From a virus (lineage: Duplodnaviria; Caudoviricetes): 24,366 nt of DNA. Where the stretch lies: positions 1-24,366 of IMG/VR virus record IMGVR_UViG_3300031965_000132; one strand, 5' to 3'. Under the pieces are notes generated by a model, which saw nothing but the letters and a program-made list of their open reading frames with translations, was not told the DNA's origin and made no database searches. Positions 22,685-24,366 of this stretch are shown piece by piece. Position numbers and translations under genes: made by a program. The stretch's first letter is position 1; the number at the start of each line of letters is the position of its first letter.

Positions 22685-24087
22685 GCCAACAAGCTCCGCA
22701 CGGTCTGCAACAGCACGCCGCCATCGACCGCTTGACGATGGCCGACGATTTCGGTTTTCATCCCCGCCGCGACCGACCCGACGAACGCCGCCGTTTCGAT
22801 TTCGAGGCCGGCGGCGACAAGCGGCGCCGTGATAGCCAGGAAGCAGTCTCCGGCACCCATCGTATCGATCGGTTGCGATGCAAAAGCGGGAACGGCGCCG
22901 CCTCGCCAATAAGCTCCTTCGCGGCCGTGCGTAACGACGACATGCTCCGCCCCCATCGTCGACGAGAGAAAATCGATGGCGTCTGCCGGGCTTGCGCGTT
23001 CGTCGTGCATCGCAAGACGCGCTTCCGGCAGATCGACGCACACGTAATCGGCGTGATCGTACTTCGTGACCGGATTGAAACCCTGATTGCCGGCGTTGGT
23101 CTGCGCATTGAGCGCGAGAAACCGCGCCTGCGAAATGGTGCTGCGCGCTTCGGCGTCGATCAATCCATGCCCGAAATCGATGGTCACGACTACATCGGAA
23201 TCCTCGACATGATCTTTCAGGGTCCGGAGAAAGAGCGCGCGCCATTCGTCGGCCATGTCGATCCAGCTCGGTGCGTATACCTCGAAAAGCTTGCGCGTTA
23301 AACCGGCCTCGACGTAGCGCCGCTTCATCAAGGGATACCTGATCGGCTGCGTCACGATGCCAGTCGCACAAATCCCGTCGAGATGCGCGGCGGCGGCGCG
23401 GATGCCGCCCTTGAACCGTTCGCCGCTTTGCTGCGCGCCGCATAGCACGAATTCCTTGGACGGCTTCGCCAGCGGCACGACGTAAACGTATTCGTCGGTG
23501 ATCGTTTCCCCGACGAAAGCGACCTTCATTTTGCGGATTTCGGCGAACGCCCTTTCGATGCGCGCGAGCGCCCCTTTTTCGCGGACATCGTCGAGATAGT
23601 CCGTGACCGCCTTGCTGTGCCGCTGCGCGTTGAGGATGCGGGAGGATGACCACTTTCGCCCGGTAGTGTATACGATCCGAGCACCTGCTTTCTCAGCCGC
23701 ATCAATTTCCGCTTGGAGAGCTTCGTCGGTCTCGCGCCCGTCGTACTCCGAACCCTTGACGTAGACATCTGGCCTCGCATTTTCGATGACCGGAACCGCG
23801 GTCGGGTTGTCGTTGATGACGACTTCGTCCACGCACGAAAGCGCGCGCAGCGCCTCGGCGCGTTCTTCTGCGGTGAAGCGCGGCCGGCCCGCACCCTTCG
23901 TGACAAAGCGATCCGAGGTCACGCTGACCAGGAGATAATCGCCGAGCTTCGCCGATTCCTCCAAATGGCGGATGTGGCCGAGGTGGAGAAGATCGAAGCA
24001 TCCGTGCGCCAGAACGAGCGGCCTGACACGCACGGCATAGCTCGTCGGGTCTTGCCGTTCGGACCATCGGACGATGGAGGAATTCAC
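22681..24087 (-). CDS. Bifunctional nucleotidyltransferase + PfkB sugar kinase (HldE/RfaE-like, transferase domain first; 468 aa)
   Basis: GTG 24087 in GTGA overlap; HIGH-type GCFDLLHLGH, KGAGRP, YVKGSEY; kinase VGETITDEY, DFGHG, DTMGAGDCF. Confidence 0.9.
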   Translation of the reverse strand: MNSSIVRWSERQDPTSYAVRVRPLVLAHGCFDLLHLGHIRHLEESAKLGDYLLVSVTSDRFVTKGAGRPRFTAEERAEALRALSCVDEVVINDNPTAVPVIENARPDVYVKGSEYDGRETDEALQAEIDAAEKAGARIVYTTGRKWSSSRILNAQRHSKAVTDYLDDVREKGALARIERAFAEIRKMKVAFVGETITDEYVYVVPLAKPSKEFVLCGAQQSGERFKGGIRAAAAHLDGICATGIVTQPIRYPLMKRRYVEAGLTRKLFEVYAPSWIDMADEWRALFLRTLKDHVEDSDVVVTIDFGHGLIDAEARSTISQARFLALNAQTNAGNQGFNPVTKYDHADYVCVDLPEARLAMHDERASPADAIDFLSSTMGAEHVVVTHGREGAYWRGGAVPAFASQPIDTMGAGDCFLAITAPLVAAGLEIETAAFVGSVAAGMKTEIVGHRQAVDGGVLLQTVRSLLA

Positions 24088-24366
24088 GCCGCAGCCTCCG
24101 CCGTCGTGCGGCGAGCCAAATCCTTCATCGTTTCCTCGGCCCTCGCCTTGATGCGAAGATATCGCTCGGTCGGCTTTTCGTCGTAGGCCATGCGGCGCTC
24201 GAAATGGATCGCCGTCGCCGGATTGCGAAGCCGCATCAGTCGGTCGCGGAAAAACAGATTGAGGATGTCGCGTCTCTGCCGGAGCTGAACGTCGAGCCAC
24301 GGCGGGTTGAACTGCGTGGAAAGCTTTTCCGCCGTCCTCTCGCGCTCGGGATGGAGGGCGTCGAAC
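24084..24366 (-). CDS. 3' part of an unidentified gene running off the window
   Basis: Open frame ...FDALHPERERTAEKLSTQF...RYLRIKARAEETMKDLARRTTAEAAA-stop, whose TGA overlaps the GTG of the next gene. Confidence 0.7.
   Translation of the reverse strand, partial: FDALHPERERTAEKLSTQFNPPWLDVQLRQRRDILNLFFRDRLMRLRNPATAIHFERRMAYDEKPTERYLRIKARAEETMKDLARRTTAEAAA

Larger units (their letters stand above)
408..24366 (-). mobile_element. Podovirus-type phage/prophage late (packaging, head, tail, ejection) region with upstream sugar-biosynthesis block
   Basis: Co-oriented terminase, portal, scaffold, capsid, adaptor, nozzle, ejection-protein and tail-fibre genes in P22-like order, most junctions overlapping (ATGA/TGATG/GTGA). 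No tape measure or sheath gene. No integrase or att site in the window, so free phage versus prophage cannot be decided. Confidence 0.93.

Noticed and set aside
22685-23653. Long N-terminal extension of the gmhA ORF (similar extensions at 5823, 8317, 9682, 10392, 21610, 24300)
   Set aside because: Arg-rich off-frame readings of the upstream gene; better starts lie at stop-start overlaps.
1-24366. tRNA, rRNA, integrase, transposase, reverse transcriptase/DGR or endolysin
   Set aside because: None recognised by eye; small RNAs cannot be excluded without covariance-model searches.

Overview
GC-rich window holding an apparently intact, almost entirely minus-strand, tightly coupled late region of a short-tailed (podovirus-type) phage or prophage. 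An Alphaproteobacterial host is inferred, not shown. Read right to left: a partial unknown gene; a sugar-biosynthesis block (nucleotidyltransferase-PfkB kinase fusion of HldE/RfaE type, GmhA-type SIS isomerase, short TPP-dependent E1-alpha/E1-beta pair, a 64-aa ORF, radical SAM enzyme with SPASM-like C-terminus); large terminase; portal; four accessory genes; scaffold; SU10/DUF5309-type major capsid protein; decoration-like genes; a GT-A glycosyltransferase; adaptor; nozzle; GNAT-like protein; ejection proteins; C1q-tipped tail fibre; holin-like gene; then an HTH remnant and a compositionally distinct non-coding end. Main points: (1) a candidate self-contained virion glycosylation system making a heptose-like or branched sugar; (2) a terminase with intact ATPase motifs whose nuclease acidic residues all appear substituted; (3) a probable CTG start for the adaptor; (4) a recurrent GLL motif in putative internal virion proteins. 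All family assignments come from motif recognition by eye, not from searches.
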